Source of the DNA: Polyangiaceae bacterium
GTDB taxonomy: Bacteria; Myxococcota_A; Polyangia; Polyangiales; Polyangiaceae
Length of the DNA stretch: 64,000 nt
Direction: 5' to 3'
NCBI GenBank assembly: GCA_044376115.1
Contig: JBILLK010000001.1
Span: forward strand, 416,001 to 480,000
Shown in pieces: positions 48,795 to 58,699 of this stretch (position 1 is the stretch's first letter; every line of letters starts with the position of its first letter). The notes below the pieces were generated by a model that made no database searches, was not told the origin of the DNA, and worked only from the letters and a program-made list of their open reading frames with translations. The position numbers and the translations under genes were made by a program.

Positions 48795-50087
48795 GTGGTT
48801 GTGAACGATCGGCTCGCCGGCTTCAGAAGCCTGATGTTCGCCTTGGCGCTGACCTCGTGTAGCCCGCAAACCACAGAACAGGCAGGCACCGCGGCGGTGA
48901 GTTCCACCTCCGAGTCCGCCGCGCCAGCCACCGTTCCGGCTGCACAGTTGCCGGCTGCGCAAGTGACAACAGCCATACCCAACGTTCCAACGTCGGCACC
49001 AGCAGGGTCGGCGAAAGCGCCGAGCGCTCCCCGCCCGACGTCGATTTCGTTCATGCCTTGGGTGGTTGAGAACTGCACGATCGATGCGCTTGCGCCGACA
49101 CCCTACTCACGAGCATGGCTCCACTACCCGAAGCCCGCCGACTGGGTCAGACCGAGCGATCCGACGCCGCTCTACGACTCGCGAGTTCCACCCAAGCCAG
49201 GAAGCCTTGCGGCAAAAGAAACAGCAGCGGCGTTGGAGCAGGCGTGGCTAGAGCGACCAGAGAGCCACGTGCTCGACTGCTCCTTCAGACTTTACGCGCG
49301 CAAGTGTCCCCATTGCGTAAAGCAAGAGAACACCCTGGTTCGCTACGTCGTCTACCTGCCTGCCAAAACGTTTATCGACCCTACTCGAGTGAACTCCGTC
49401 TTGATGATTGTTCCGGGTGGTCACGGCGGAAGGAGCCGCGCCTTCTTGCGACCAATCAACGGACTCTCCGTTTGGGACAAAGGCTCTGGCGGACTTGATT
49501 CAAAGTCGTTGGCTGATGCTTATTACGCTTCCGCCCCGGAGAGCGAACAATCGCTGATTGTCTCGCTCGAAACCAGTGGGATCCAGCATGGGTCGGGCGC
49601 CGTCGAATACCTTACTTATGATATTGAGCAGCACCTTCGCTCCACCTTTCTTCCGAGAACCAAGCCGCTACGCATCGGGGTGGATGGGGTTAGTTCAGGT
49701 GCTCGTGAAATCGTCCGCGCAGCGTTCGCAAAACCAACAAGTTTCCGAACCATCGGACTTCATTGCATGGCGTGCGGGGGCATTCACCCCGAACGGCGGC
49801 TGCTCGGTAGTCGTAGCGAGCTCTTGGAGTTCGGCCAAACGCTGGCTCAGTTACGCAGAGAGGGGCGCTTCGATCTGCGTATGAGCATCGGCAGCCGTGA
49901 CAATCAGCTGCCTTGCAATAAAGCCTATTGGGCCTTGTTTCGTGAGGCAGGCTTGGTGACCGACGCCGACGCCGACCTGTTTCACATCGTGCCAGGGGCT
50001 CTGCACGACTTCCTGTTTTTGGCGCAAGCATTCCCCACGCACTTGCAGTGGCACCTCGAAAAGCTTAGCCAACCAACCCCCGATTGA
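48795..50087 (+). CDS. Lipoprotein, esterase-like alpha/beta fold
   Basis: LTSC lipobox; DGVSSGA; GALHD. Confidence 0.6.
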   Translation: MVVNDRLAGFRSLMFALALTSCSPQTTEQAGTAAVSSTSESAAPATVPAAQLPAAQVTTAIPNVPTSAPAGSAKAPSAPRPTSISFMPWVVENCTIDALAPTPYSRAWLHYPKPADWVRPSDPTPLYDSRVPPKPGSLAAKETAAALEQAWLERPESHVLDCSFRLYARKCPHCVKQENTLVRYVVYLPAKTFIDPTRVNSVLMIVPGGHGGRSRAFLRPINGLSVWDKGSGGLDSKSLADAYYASAPESEQSLIVSLETSGIQHGSGAVEYLTYDIEQHLRSTFLPRTKPLRIGVDGVSSGAREIVRAAFAKPTSFRTIGLHCMACGGIHPERRLLGSRSELLEFGQTLAQLRREGRFDLRMSIGSRDNQLPCNKAYWALFREAGLVTDADADLFHIVPGALHDFLFLAQAFPTHLQWHLEKLSQPTPD

Positions 50088-50111
50088 GCAGATAGACTGG
50101 CTTCATAGCTA

Positions 50112-51674
50112 TCAGCCCAATGCCATGAGCGGCGGACTCTGTGATAACCACCGCTTGAGCGTAGACACGAAGCTTGGGTGTTCCTCCGTTACCACAAGCA
50201 CTTCACTCAAGAAGGTCTTGGCGACCTCCACCTGCTTGAGCTGGTTGGTGAGCTCGGCAGCGACGATCAACAGAATTGCCGCCTGGTCGAACTTGTCGCG
50301 CTTGCGCTCGCGAATCACATCCGCCGTACGAGTCGCCGCGGCTATGCGCAGTGACCGCACTCGCTCAGCAACGTCCTCTGCGTGCGCCGGCCTCAGCGCG
50401 CGCGCTAGCAGCGGAGCCAAGTCGGGCGCGGGCGGTTCGAAACCGCTGACGGTGGGCGCCCGGAAGCCACGCCAATCCAAGGCTACGCCCACGGCGTCGC
50501 CGTCAGTAGCCCCAAACCCGCGCACGAGCCTGGCAGTGACCGCCTTTGTTGCTCGCCTTTCCGCAACAGAAACAGCGATCGCCAAGAAGCTGATGATGGT
50601 TGGGTGGTCTTCGGAGTCCCAATCGCCGTCACTGCTGACGAGGTCCTCCAGGAGTACGGCCTTGTTCCCTGCGAGTGCATTCGCCAGCGCGGTCATGCGC
50701 CGCGACAACGGCACCCGCGCCAACGACTGAAGGCGCGCCGAGAGCTCCGGGGCCGTGGGTTCGTTGACGCCGGCGAACACGGCCAAGCGCTGCACGCTTG
50801 GATCGGCCTCAAGACCATCCCTGGCCGACGCCACCATCTCCACGCTGTGTTCGAGCTGAGCGTGAAGAGCAACCGCGAGATCGTGGAGCATCGCGCGCCC
50901 AAACGAGTCGGGTAGCTTTGCTGTACCTTCTGCAACCGCAGCGAGCGCCTCGTGGAGTTGGCCGGCCCGCGCGAGGCGCGAGACCCACTCGCGGTAGCTC
51001 CCGACATCGTTCGACTGACGCGCAAGGCGCGCCAAACCATCCGTCCCTTCGATACGCTCGAAGGCCTCTCGCACGATGCTGCTATTCGCCGGCCCTATCG
51101 AGCTTTCTGATTGCTCGAGCGTGGCTTTCGCCCAGTCGACCAAGAACCCGTCGAAGCCAACAAGCGGCCGAATGGCAGCCTTCTCGAGTAAGGCCAGCGG
51201 CGTTGCCACCCCGCCTAGTTCACTTAGACTTTCAACGGCGGACTGCATTGCAGAGACCCTGTGCGCCTCTTCTTGCTCGTAGACCGTTAATAGGTAGCTG
51301 CCGGCGAAGCTCTCTAGCTCACATTCGACTTCGAGGTCGAGGAGCGTCTTGATCACCAGTTCGTACACCTTGCGGCTGGCCTCGACGCGCCCAGCAAGCA
51401 CTTGCCGCCGGTTTCGCCGCAGTAGTGCCATCATCTCCGACGTTGAGCATTCGCCGCTCTTACGCGCCGCTTTGGCCCACTGCTGTACGTCATTGGCTAG
51501 CTCGCTGTCCTCCGACAGGAACGCCACCGACTTGCTTGCTCGCACCGCAAACTCGAGCAAGGAGAGCTGAAACTCCTCGCTCGGGTCGCGAGGCAGCGAC
51601 AACCCATAGGTCGTTAAGAACGAGCGCAACGCCTTGGCGTCGATGGCGCGTACCGCACCATAGAAATCAAACAT
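50112..51674 (-). CDS. Hypothetical helical protein
   Basis: 520-aa ORF co-oriented downstream of hppD. Confidence 0.65.
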   Translation of the reverse strand: MFDFYGAVRAIDAKALRSFLTTYGLSLPRDPSEEFQLSLLEFAVRASKSVAFLSEDSELANDVQQWAKAARKSGECSTSEMMALLRRNRRQVLAGRVEASRKVYELVIKTLLDLEVECELESFAGSYLLTVYEQEEAHRVSAMQSAVESLSELGGVATPLALLEKAAIRPLVGFDGFLVDWAKATLEQSESSIGPANSSIVREAFERIEGTDGLARLARQSNDVGSYREWVSRLARAGQLHEALAAVAEGTAKLPDSFGRAMLHDLAVALHAQLEHSVEMVASARDGLEADPSVQRLAVFAGVNEPTAPELSARLQSLARVPLSRRMTALANALAGNKAVLLEDLVSSDGDWDSEDHPTIISFLAIAVSVAERRATKAVTARLVRGFGATDGDAVGVALDWRGFRAPTVSGFEPPAPDLAPLLARALRPAHAEDVAERVRSLRIAAATRTADVIRERKRDKFDQAAILLIVAAELTNQLKQVEVAKTFLSEVLVVTEEHPSFVSTLKRWLSQSPPLMALG

Positions 51675-51718
51675 CAACGGCCTCGTCGACTCCTCAGCAG
51701 CGGGCTTCCTTGTGGACT

Positions 51719-52876
51719 TCAGGAGGACGCCTTCCCTTCCGATTGCTGCTCGCGCTCAATGCTCTCAAAGAGAGCCCTAAAGTTACCGGCGCCGAAGCCC
51801 TTATCTCCCTTGCGCTGGATAATCTCGTAGAAGAAAGGGCCCGCGTCGCGGTTGCCATAAAGACCAGCAGCGTCCTTCAGAAAGATTTGCAAGAGATACT
51901 GCTGCTCCTTCTCGCCATCGACGAGGATCGCCAGTTCCTGGAGGAGGCTGATCGGCTCCTCGATCTTGCGTACCCCAATGCGCTCGAGCCGCGCGGGCAA
52001 CATTTCATAGTAGGAGTCCGGCGTCGGCATGAACTGAACGCCTTGTTCTCGCATTCCGCGAACGGCCGGAATGATGTCTGCGACGGCTAGCGCTACGTGC
52101 TGAACGCCGTCTCCACGATGGTCCTCATTGAAGATGTTGATTTGGGACGCCTTAAAGAACGGTCGCCAAGGCTCGTTGTTGGCAAACTTGATCCCCGAAG
52201 CAGCGTCCCACATCACAGTAGAGCGCAATCCAGAGCCGTGGCTCCGGTCCCCCGCGACGTCATCGGTGTGGAACTGCACGTTCCAGTAACTTTCGAAGCC
52301 CATCACGTGCTCCATCCACAACAAAGCGGGCTTCATTGTCTGGAAGTTTGAAGTCACATGATCAAAGAACTCGATCTTGAACTTATTGCTACCTCCGCGC
52401 GGCTTCTCGTAGGCCACGTAGCCAGGAAAGAGCGGAGCGAAGCCTCTTCGCTCGACGAACCGGAAGGTCGTGTCACCAAATGGTGTGGTGATTGAGAAGG
52501 TCCGCAACGTGCCCCCAGCGTCCTTGAAGGTCTGAATGTCATCGATGGGAGTTCCTCCGCGTTGATCGAGCAACCGGAACACCTTCTCGATATCTTCGAC
52601 TTCAAAGGCGATCGTCCCAATGCCGTCCGGATGTTTGCGCAGGTAGCGGTGAGCACGACCGCCTTCACCGAGCGGCTCAGAGCAAATGATGTTGCAGTCT
52701 CCAGCTTGAAACAGCACGCTCTTCTGACGGCCACTTTCAGTAAGCTCTGGGCTGCTCTCCCCAAGCTCGGCAAAGTCCATCATATCGCAGTAGAGCTTCC
52801 GACTGCGTGCGAGGTCTTTCACGTAGTAGTGAATGGATTCGACTTTGCGTAGACCAAGAGATTCGAGCTTCGACAT
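51719..52876 (-). CDS. hppD: 4-hydroxyphenylpyruvate dioxygenase
   Basis: DHV, GVQHVAL, YLLQIF, FFYEIIQRKG..GFGAGNFRALFESIE. Confidence 0.95.
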   Translation of the reverse strand: MSKLESLGLRKVESIHYYVKDLARSRKLYCDMMDFAELGESSPELTESGRQKSVLFQAGDCNIICSEPLGEGGRAHRYLRKHPDGIGTIAFEVEDIEKVFRLLDQRGGTPIDDIQTFKDAGGTLRTFSITTPFGDTTFRFVERRGFAPLFPGYVAYEKPRGGSNKFKIEFFDHVTSNFQTMKPALLWMEHVMGFESYWNVQFHTDDVAGDRSHGSGLRSTVMWDAASGIKFANNEPWRPFFKASQINIFNEDHRGDGVQHVALAVADIIPAVRGMREQGVQFMPTPDSYYEMLPARLERIGVRKIEEPISLLQELAILVDGEKEQQYLLQIFLKDAAGLYGNRDAGPFFYEIIQRKGDKGFGAGNFRALFESIEREQQSEGKASS

Positions 52877-52896
52877 GGGTGTCTCCAGTTGAGCGA

Positions 52897-53544
52897 CTAA
52901 GCGGCAAAATCCGGCTGACGTTCTGGGTGAGCCTTCTGGAATGGATCCAGCTCGCACAGACGCTTGTCCAGCGTGACGAGTGTAGGAGCGAGAGAGAGAT
53001 CTGCCTGGAAGCGGCGTGCACCGAACATTTGCGGGACGAGGAATACGTCCGCCAGGCTGAGCGAATCACCAACGAGGTACTCCCCGCTAAACCGCTTGGC
53101 CTCCGCCTCCAAGGCAACTAGCCCCCGATTGATTGCCTCCCGAGCGAAGGTCTTGTCATCCCCCCCCAGGCGGCGAATATCAGCCATGACCCCCAGGTTG
53201 TGCAGCGGCTGGATACCACTATTGATGATTTCTACGCATGAGCGAACCCGCGCACGTGCAAGGGGCTCGCTTGGAAGTAGCGGCGGGTCGGGCCAGCGCT
53301 CATTCAAGTACTCGAGAATAGCCACCGATTGGGTCAAGCGAACCACCGACCCTAGCTCATCAGCAACTTCCAACACGGGGACCTGCGCCATCGCATTGAG
53401 CTCTGCCTTGTAGCTGGGCTTGTGCTGATCTCCACCGTCCCTCAGTAGGTGGATAGGGATGTACTCAAAGGACAAGCCTTTGACCTCAAGACCGATTCGG
53501 ACGCGATACGAGGCGCTCGAGCGGAAGTAGTTGTAGAGCTTCAT
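52897..53544 (-). CDS. maiA: Maleylacetoacetate isomerase (GST zeta)
   Basis: YFRSSASYRVRI; SGIQPL; AHPERQPD. Confidence 0.93.
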   Translation of the reverse strand: MKLYNYFRSSASYRVRIGLEVKGLSFEYIPIHLLRDGGDQHKPSYKAELNAMAQVPVLEVADELGSVVRLTQSVAILEYLNERWPDPPLLPSEPLARARVRSCVEIINSGIQPLHNLGVMADIRRLGGDDKTFAREAINRGLVALEAEAKRFSGEYLVGDSLSLADVFLVPQMFGARRFQADLSLAPTLVTLDKRLCELDPFQKAHPERQPDFAA

Positions 53545-54524
53545 CCGCCGGCCCTGACGACGACTTGGTCAATAGTCCCGAAGATGCTCTTCCCATCCTC
53601 ATCGAGCATCTCGATAGCAATTCGGTCCCCCTCCTTCATGAACGGTGTGGTGGGCTTGCCCTGCTCAATGGTCTCAATCATTCGCCGTTCGGCTAGGCAA
53701 GAGATGCCGCGCTCGCGATCTTCATTGGAGACGGTACCGGAGCCCAAGATGGTGCCTGCGCCAAACCGCCGCGTCTTCGTGATATGCGCGATGAGTTCGT
53801 GGAACGAGAAGAACATCTCGGGGCCAGCCTCTGGATCTCCGACCAAGGTTCCGTTGAGGGTCGAGCGCAAGCGCCGATGCATACGGCCTCCACGCCACGC
53901 CTCGCCGAGCTCATCGGGCGTGACGGCGAACGGGGCAAACGCGGTAGCGGGTTTTGAAGTGAAGAAGCCGAAGCCCTTCTCCAGCTCCGCCGGCACCAAA
54001 TTACGGAGCGTCACGTCATTGAGAATGACGACTAGCTTGATGAACTCATGCGCCCTTTCAGCGCTCGTCCCTAATGGGGTGTCCGTCAAAATGACCCCTA
54101 TCTCTGCCTCGAAATCCAACCCCCACTCGGGATTGACTAATTCAATGTTCGCGCGAGCGCCGAGCATGTCACTCGAGCCACCTTGATAGACCAGTGGGTC
54201 GGTGCGGAGCGTCTTGGGTGGCTCTGCGTTGCGCGCTTTGCGTACGAGGATGATGTGATTGATATAGGCGCTGCCATCGACCCACTCGGACGCGCGCGGC
54301 AGTGGTGCTTTGACCCGCGCGAAGTCGAGCGGAGCGAGTTCGACGCGCTCCGCCTGCACCTCAGCGTCGAGCGCTCGAAGCAGCGGCTCGGCCGATTCCC
54401 ATTGGTCGAGGGCTCGCTGGAGGTTGGGGGCGATGCTTCGGGCCGACGCGAAACGAAGACCGTCGCGATGGACGACTGCGAGTTCTCCGTCCCGCGTACC
54501 GTTCTCGAGAGTAGCTAGACGCAT
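53541..54524 (-). CDS. Fumarylacetoacetate hydrolase family protein
   Basis: DGSAY, YQGGS, DFEAE, NDVTLR, GSGTVSN. Confidence 0.92.
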   Translation of the reverse strand: MRLATLENGTRDGELAVVHRDGLRFASARSIAPNLQRALDQWESAEPLLRALDAEVQAERVELAPLDFARVKAPLPRASEWVDGSAYINHIILVRKARNAEPPKTLRTDPLVYQGGSSDMLGARANIELVNPEWGLDFEAEIGVILTDTPLGTSAERAHEFIKLVVILNDVTLRNLVPAELEKGFGFFTSKPATAFAPFAVTPDELGEAWRGGRMHRRLRSTLNGTLVGDPEAGPEMFFSFHELIAHITKTRRFGAGTILGSGTVSNEDRERGISCLAERRMIETIEQGKPTTPFMKEGDRIAIEMLDEDGKSIFGTIDQVVVRAGG

Positions 54525-54586
54525 GGCGAAACCCTAATCGCAGTTCGGCCAGGTGCCCAGGGGGCGCGTTCAAAACTTTCAGGCGA

Positions 54587-55567
54587 CTAGTCCCAGCGTT
54601 CCTTCCGGTACCAGGCAGCCGTGAGCCGCGCACCCTCCTCAAAGGTCACGCTGGGAGACCAACCGAGCTCAGCTCGGGCCCGCGTGGAGTCCACCTGGAA
54701 GTGCTGCATCAAGAGCTCGGGAAGCTTCTCTGGGGTAAAGATCATCACCTTGTTCGTCAACTTGCCAAACAGCGCCGATCCGGCTGCGGCGGCCTGAACA
54801 ATCGGCGTTGGGATGTTGGGGGTGGCCCACAGGCGTTGCCCATAAGCTTCAGCGATCGCCTGCGCCATCGTTTCGAATGAGTAGCTCAAACCGTCATCCA
54901 GGAAGTAGGTCGAGCCGGATGGCACGTCCGCTTCGACTGCTCGAAGGCAGGCGTCAGCGCAGTCCGTTGCGTAAATGAGGGACATGGTCTTCATTGACCC
55001 GCCCAGACGAAACGCCATGCGAGTTCTTCGCACCATTTGAAAGAATGCGAGGATTTCGTCGTCGCGAGGACCGTAGATGGCCGGTGGACGAAGCACCACG
55101 ATGGGCATGCGCGACTGCAACTCAAGCAGCGCGCGTTCACCAGAGAGTTTGCTGGTTGAGTACGGCGTTACGGGGTTGGGCGGGTCCGCCTCTCGATGAG
55201 GCCTGCCCTCCACGCCTAACCCCATCACGCCCGCCGTGGAAACATGAACGAAGCGCTTGAGCGCTGGTGACTGAGCGATCACAGAGTTCGCCAGGTTCAC
55301 CGTGCCATCGCGATGGACTCGTTCAAACTCGGCCAGGGTGCGTGCCTTGATTAGGCCAGCGCAGTGAACGACTGCATCAATTCCAGCCAGCAAGCCGTCG
55401 AGCGGACCATCCACCGCTCCTTCTACGAGCTCAACGCCAAGCGCCTTGAGGAAGCGGGTGTTACTGGTCTTGCGCACCAGACACACCACCTGGTGACCAG
55501 CTTCTTTGGCACGCTCTGCTACGTGAGAGCCTAGAAACCCGGATCCGCCTGTGACGAGAAGTCGCAT
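54587..55567 (-). CDS. NAD-dependent epimerase/dehydratase (3-beta-HSD-like SDR)
   Basis: TGGSGFLG; YSTSK; RPPAIYGP. Confidence 0.9.
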   Translation of the reverse strand: MRLLVTGGSGFLGSHVAERAKEAGHQVVCLVRKTSNTRFLKALGVELVEGAVDGPLDGLLAGIDAVVHCAGLIKARTLAEFERVHRDGTVNLANSVIAQSPALKRFVHVSTAGVMGLGVEGRPHREADPPNPVTPYSTSKLSGERALLELQSRMPIVVLRPPAIYGPRDDEILAFFQMVRRTRMAFRLGGSMKTMSLIYATDCADACLRAVEADVPSGSTYFLDDGLSYSFETMAQAIAEAYGQRLWATPNIPTPIVQAAAAGSALFGKLTNKVMIFTPEKLPELLMQHFQVDSTRARAELGWSPSVTFEEGARLTAAWYRKERWD

Positions 55568-55642
55568 GGCTCGTTATTGCGAAGCTGGGCCAGGCTGTAA
55601 AGCGCTAGATGCGTCCAGACGGGCCTCGCGTTAGCATGCGCC

Positions 55643-56800
55643 ATGGTTAAGGCGAGTCGCTCCACCCTGACTCCCCGTTTACAGGGCAGACCAACCATCA
55701 TTGTCGGCGCAGGCCCAGCTGGGCTTGCCGTGGCAGCCAGTCTCAAAGCGCGGGGACTACCTTTCGAGATTATCGAGCGGCAGGCCAACGTCGGCGCGTC
55801 GTTTCGTAGCCACTACCGAAGGCTGCACCTTCATACCGATAAGGCGCTGTCAGCCCTGCCGTTCATGCCGTTTCCAGAAGAGCTGCCGCGGTGGGTCCCG
55901 CGAGCCGACGTTGTCCGCTATCTCGAGAGCTACGCACAACGTTTCGATCTGCGCCCGCGTTTCGGGGTCTCGGTGCTCAACATCCAGTCGGATCCGGGAG
56001 GGGGTGTGCTGGTTGAGACGGACCACGGGCAACTGCAAACCGATTCTGTGGTAGTCGCCACGGGTTACAACCGCGTGCCCATCCTGCCAGAGTTTGAAGG
56101 GCTATCCAGCTTTGTAGGGCCAGTCGTACACAGCTCGAGCTACCTCGAGGGCGCCCCCTTCAGAGGACAACGCGTATTGGTAATTGGGGCTGGCAATAGC
56201 GGTGCTGAAATTGCGCTCGATCTGTGGGAGCACGGTGCGCACCCTCGGCTCCTGGTACGTGGCCCGGTGCATGTAGTACCGCGCGAGATCATGGGCGTTC
56301 CCTTGCAAAGGCTCACCCTCGCGATGAGCTTCCTCTCCGCTGAGTCGATCGATCGACTCGCTGCACCGATCAGCAGGTTCAGCCTCGGCGATTTGACGCC
56401 CCACGGCCTCATGACGCCGCAGCGTGGAGCTGCGGTGCTAGCACGAGACAAGGGTCGCATACCCGTGCTCGACGTCGGGACGATCGCACTCATACGCCAG
56501 GGTCTCCTTCCGGTACTTCCAGCGGTGCGACGCTTCCACGAAAGAAGCGTTGAGTGTGTGGATGGTCGAAGCCACGCAATAGAGGCGGTGGTGCTAGCCA
56601 CAGGCTATCGAAGCGGACTCAGCGCGCTGCTAGACGACCAGAGCCTGCTCAACGAGAGGGAACTACCGAAGAGGCACGGAACACGGACCGATCACAACGT
56701 TTGGTTCATTGGGTTCTCAAACCCTCAGACGGGGGCGCTTCGCGAGATTGGCATCGAGGCTCAACGAATCGCCAAGGAGATCATGGAGGCTGCCGCATGA
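55643..56800 (+). CDS. Flavin-containing monooxygenase (YUCCA/FMO-like)
   Basis: GAGPAG, ATGY, VHSSSY, GAGNSG. Confidence 0.9.
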   Translation: MVKASRSTLTPRLQGRPTIIVGAGPAGLAVAASLKARGLPFEIIERQANVGASFRSHYRRLHLHTDKALSALPFMPFPEELPRWVPRADVVRYLESYAQRFDLRPRFGVSVLNIQSDPGGGVLVETDHGQLQTDSVVVATGYNRVPILPEFEGLSSFVGPVVHSSSYLEGAPFRGQRVLVIGAGNSGAEIALDLWEHGAHPRLLVRGPVHVVPREIMGVPLQRLTLAMSFLSAESIDRLAAPISRFSLGDLTPHGLMTPQRGAAVLARDKGRIPVLDVGTIALIRQGLLPVLPAVRRFHERSVECVDGRSHAIEAVVLATGYRSGLSALLDDQSLLNERELPKRHGTRTDHNVWFIGFSNPQTGALREIGIEAQRIAKEIMEAAA

Positions 56801-57792
56801 ATCGGCTCCTTCATTGGCATCCTGTCGCGCTACCGGGCGAAATCAAAAAGGACCCATTTCCGTTCCAGCTCGATGGCAAGCAGTTCGTCCTTTTTCGTAC
56901 CGTCAGCGGCCAGTTTGGCGCGATGCCACGCGCGTGTCCCCACAGGAGGGCCGACTTGGCCTCAGGCAAAGTGCGCGGGGAGGAGCTCCTATGCAGCTAT
57001 CACGGTTGGGGCTTTCAGCCGACCGGAGCGATCCGGTCGCCAGGCAATCCTTCCCTAGCGCAACGAGCAGAATGTCTCGAGGTTACTGAACGCTATGGCG
57101 CACTCTGGGTGCGCGCGAGGAGCGCCCACACGGCCTTTCCGAAGCTGGACTTCAACGGTTTTGTGCCAACGGGGGTCTATCGGCATCGAGTCGCAGCGCC
57201 GCTCCAGCTGGTACTCGACAACTTCGTCGAGGTCGAACACACAAGCTTCGTGCACGCTCTACTCGGCTATGCAGCAGCCGATTTGGCCTCCGTAGAGGTT
57301 GCAATGAGCACCGGAAACGATTGGGTGCGCGTAGTAAACCAGGGGCGTCAACGCAAGCTCCCGCTGCCGATACGCGCAGCCTTCGGAATTGGCGTTACAG
57401 ATACATTTGTAGACGATTGGACGACCTACTTTTCACCGATCTATTCGGTCTATGATCACTACTGGCTAAGCCCCGAAGGTAGCCGAAGGGAAAACGCGCT
57501 GCGGACCTTTGTGTTTTTTAACCCGATTGATGACCAGAACTGCGAGCTCTGGTCCTTCGCTGCGGCTAGTTCACGCTGGCTCAAGCTCCCTCTACTTCGT
57601 CACGGGCTCCGCGGCCTACTGCGGCTCTCGCTGGAACTCGAGGTCCGGCTCGACCGCCGGCAATTGGAGTCCTTGGCGGATAAGAACACCAGCATGCGCG
57701 GCATGAAGCTTGGCCGCTTCGACAAGGTCATGTGGGAAACACGCACCCGAGTAGCCTCGATCTACAATCAAACCCCGGGTGAGGCTGGGTAA
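56797..57792 (+). CDS. Rieske non-heme iron oxygenase
   Basis: CPHR...CSYHGW; NFVEVEHTSFVH. Confidence 0.88.
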   Translation: MNRLLHWHPVALPGEIKKDPFPFQLDGKQFVLFRTVSGQFGAMPRACPHRRADLASGKVRGEELLCSYHGWGFQPTGAIRSPGNPSLAQRAECLEVTERYGALWVRARSAHTAFPKLDFNGFVPTGVYRHRVAAPLQLVLDNFVEVEHTSFVHALLGYAAADLASVEVAMSTGNDWVRVVNQGRQRKLPLPIRAAFGIGVTDTFVDDWTTYFSPIYSVYDHYWLSPEGSRRENALRTFVFFNPIDDQNCELWSFAAASSRWLKLPLLRHGLRGLLRLSLELEVRLDRRQLESLADKNTSMRGMKLGRFDKVMWETRTRVASIYNQTPGEAG

Positions 57793-57817
57793 AGCGGCTA
57801 CGTCTCCAGCAGAAGAA

Positions 57818-58531
57818 TCAACCCGGTTTTGCGAGTAGCCGCCTCCACAACACGACGTGCCCAAGCGTGGCGCTGGCTACCAAACCGGCCGGCAGCCATA
57901 CGAACGGGAAGGTTGCGACCCATGTATTGAGCCTCTCGGGCTCGGTGCCAAAGGCGTGAAACATGGGCAGCGAGGCAACCGCTATTGCGACAATCGCAAT
58001 CAACAACAAGGTGCCCAGCAGATTGAAAGCCAGCACGGCGAACCGAGGAAGCTCGCGACGCGTTACTAGGCTGTAGCCAGCCAATAGCAGGGCCGAAACT
58101 CCTGTAAGTATGTCAAAGTTCAGGCCCGAATAGCTCATTTGCTCAGGCATCGTCCCATCCCGCGCGGCTTGGTGCATGAGCAGCTCGAGTGGCAGTCGAA
58201 ACCCATGAAAGCCAACGAGCCACACGATAGGCGTGGCTTTGGTCATGTAGGTACCCACCCGTGAGAATCCCAACCAGGTTGGTAACAGCAACGTAGGGAT
58301 GAGTAGCAACGGTGCTCGCGGTGGCGTCGCATCGAAGTTCGCGAGAAATCCCGTCCCCGCGAGGGCTGCACTGAACGCGAACCAAAGACCTATCCCAACA
58401 CCGACCCTCATCGTCGTCCGCAAACGAAGCGTGGGCGGCGCACTGCGATGGACCCAGGTGACAACACCTCCCGCAACCACGATCGCCAAGAGCGGTATTC
58501 CAAGTTGGACCAGGGCTGAGGCCGGCTTCAT
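57818..58531 (-). CDS. Integral membrane protein
   Basis: Multiple TMs; FRLPLE, NFDILTG, FPFVWLP. Confidence 0.8.
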   Translation of the reverse strand: MKPASALVQLGIPLLAIVVAGGVVTWVHRSAPPTLRLRTTMRVGVGIGLWFAFSAALAGTGFLANFDATPPRAPLLLIPTLLLPTWLGFSRVGTYMTKATPIVWLVGFHGFRLPLELLMHQAARDGTMPEQMSYSGLNFDILTGVSALLLAGYSLVTRRELPRFAVLAFNLLGTLLLIAIVAIAVASLPMFHAFGTEPERLNTWVATFPFVWLPAGLVASATLGHVVLWRRLLAKPG

Positions 58532-58544
58532 GGCTGCGCTCTTC

Positions 58545-58559
58545 GCACGGCGCGTGCCA
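58545..58559 (-). promoter_or_regulatory. Putative sigma54 promoter for the membrane protein gene
   Basis: Minus strand TGGCAC-GCGCC-GTGC; divergent from a sigma54 two-component pair. Confidence 0.6.
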
Positions 58560-58699
58560 GCGCCAACACCGAGAAACTGGGCTGCATAGGCGTATCTCTC
58601 GCACAACGACTGTTGGTTAAGCAACAGGTGCCGGTTTTCCGACAGGGCGCCGCGAGTCCGGTTCCAGGAACAAGATTGGTGTATGAGCGTAGCTCACGA

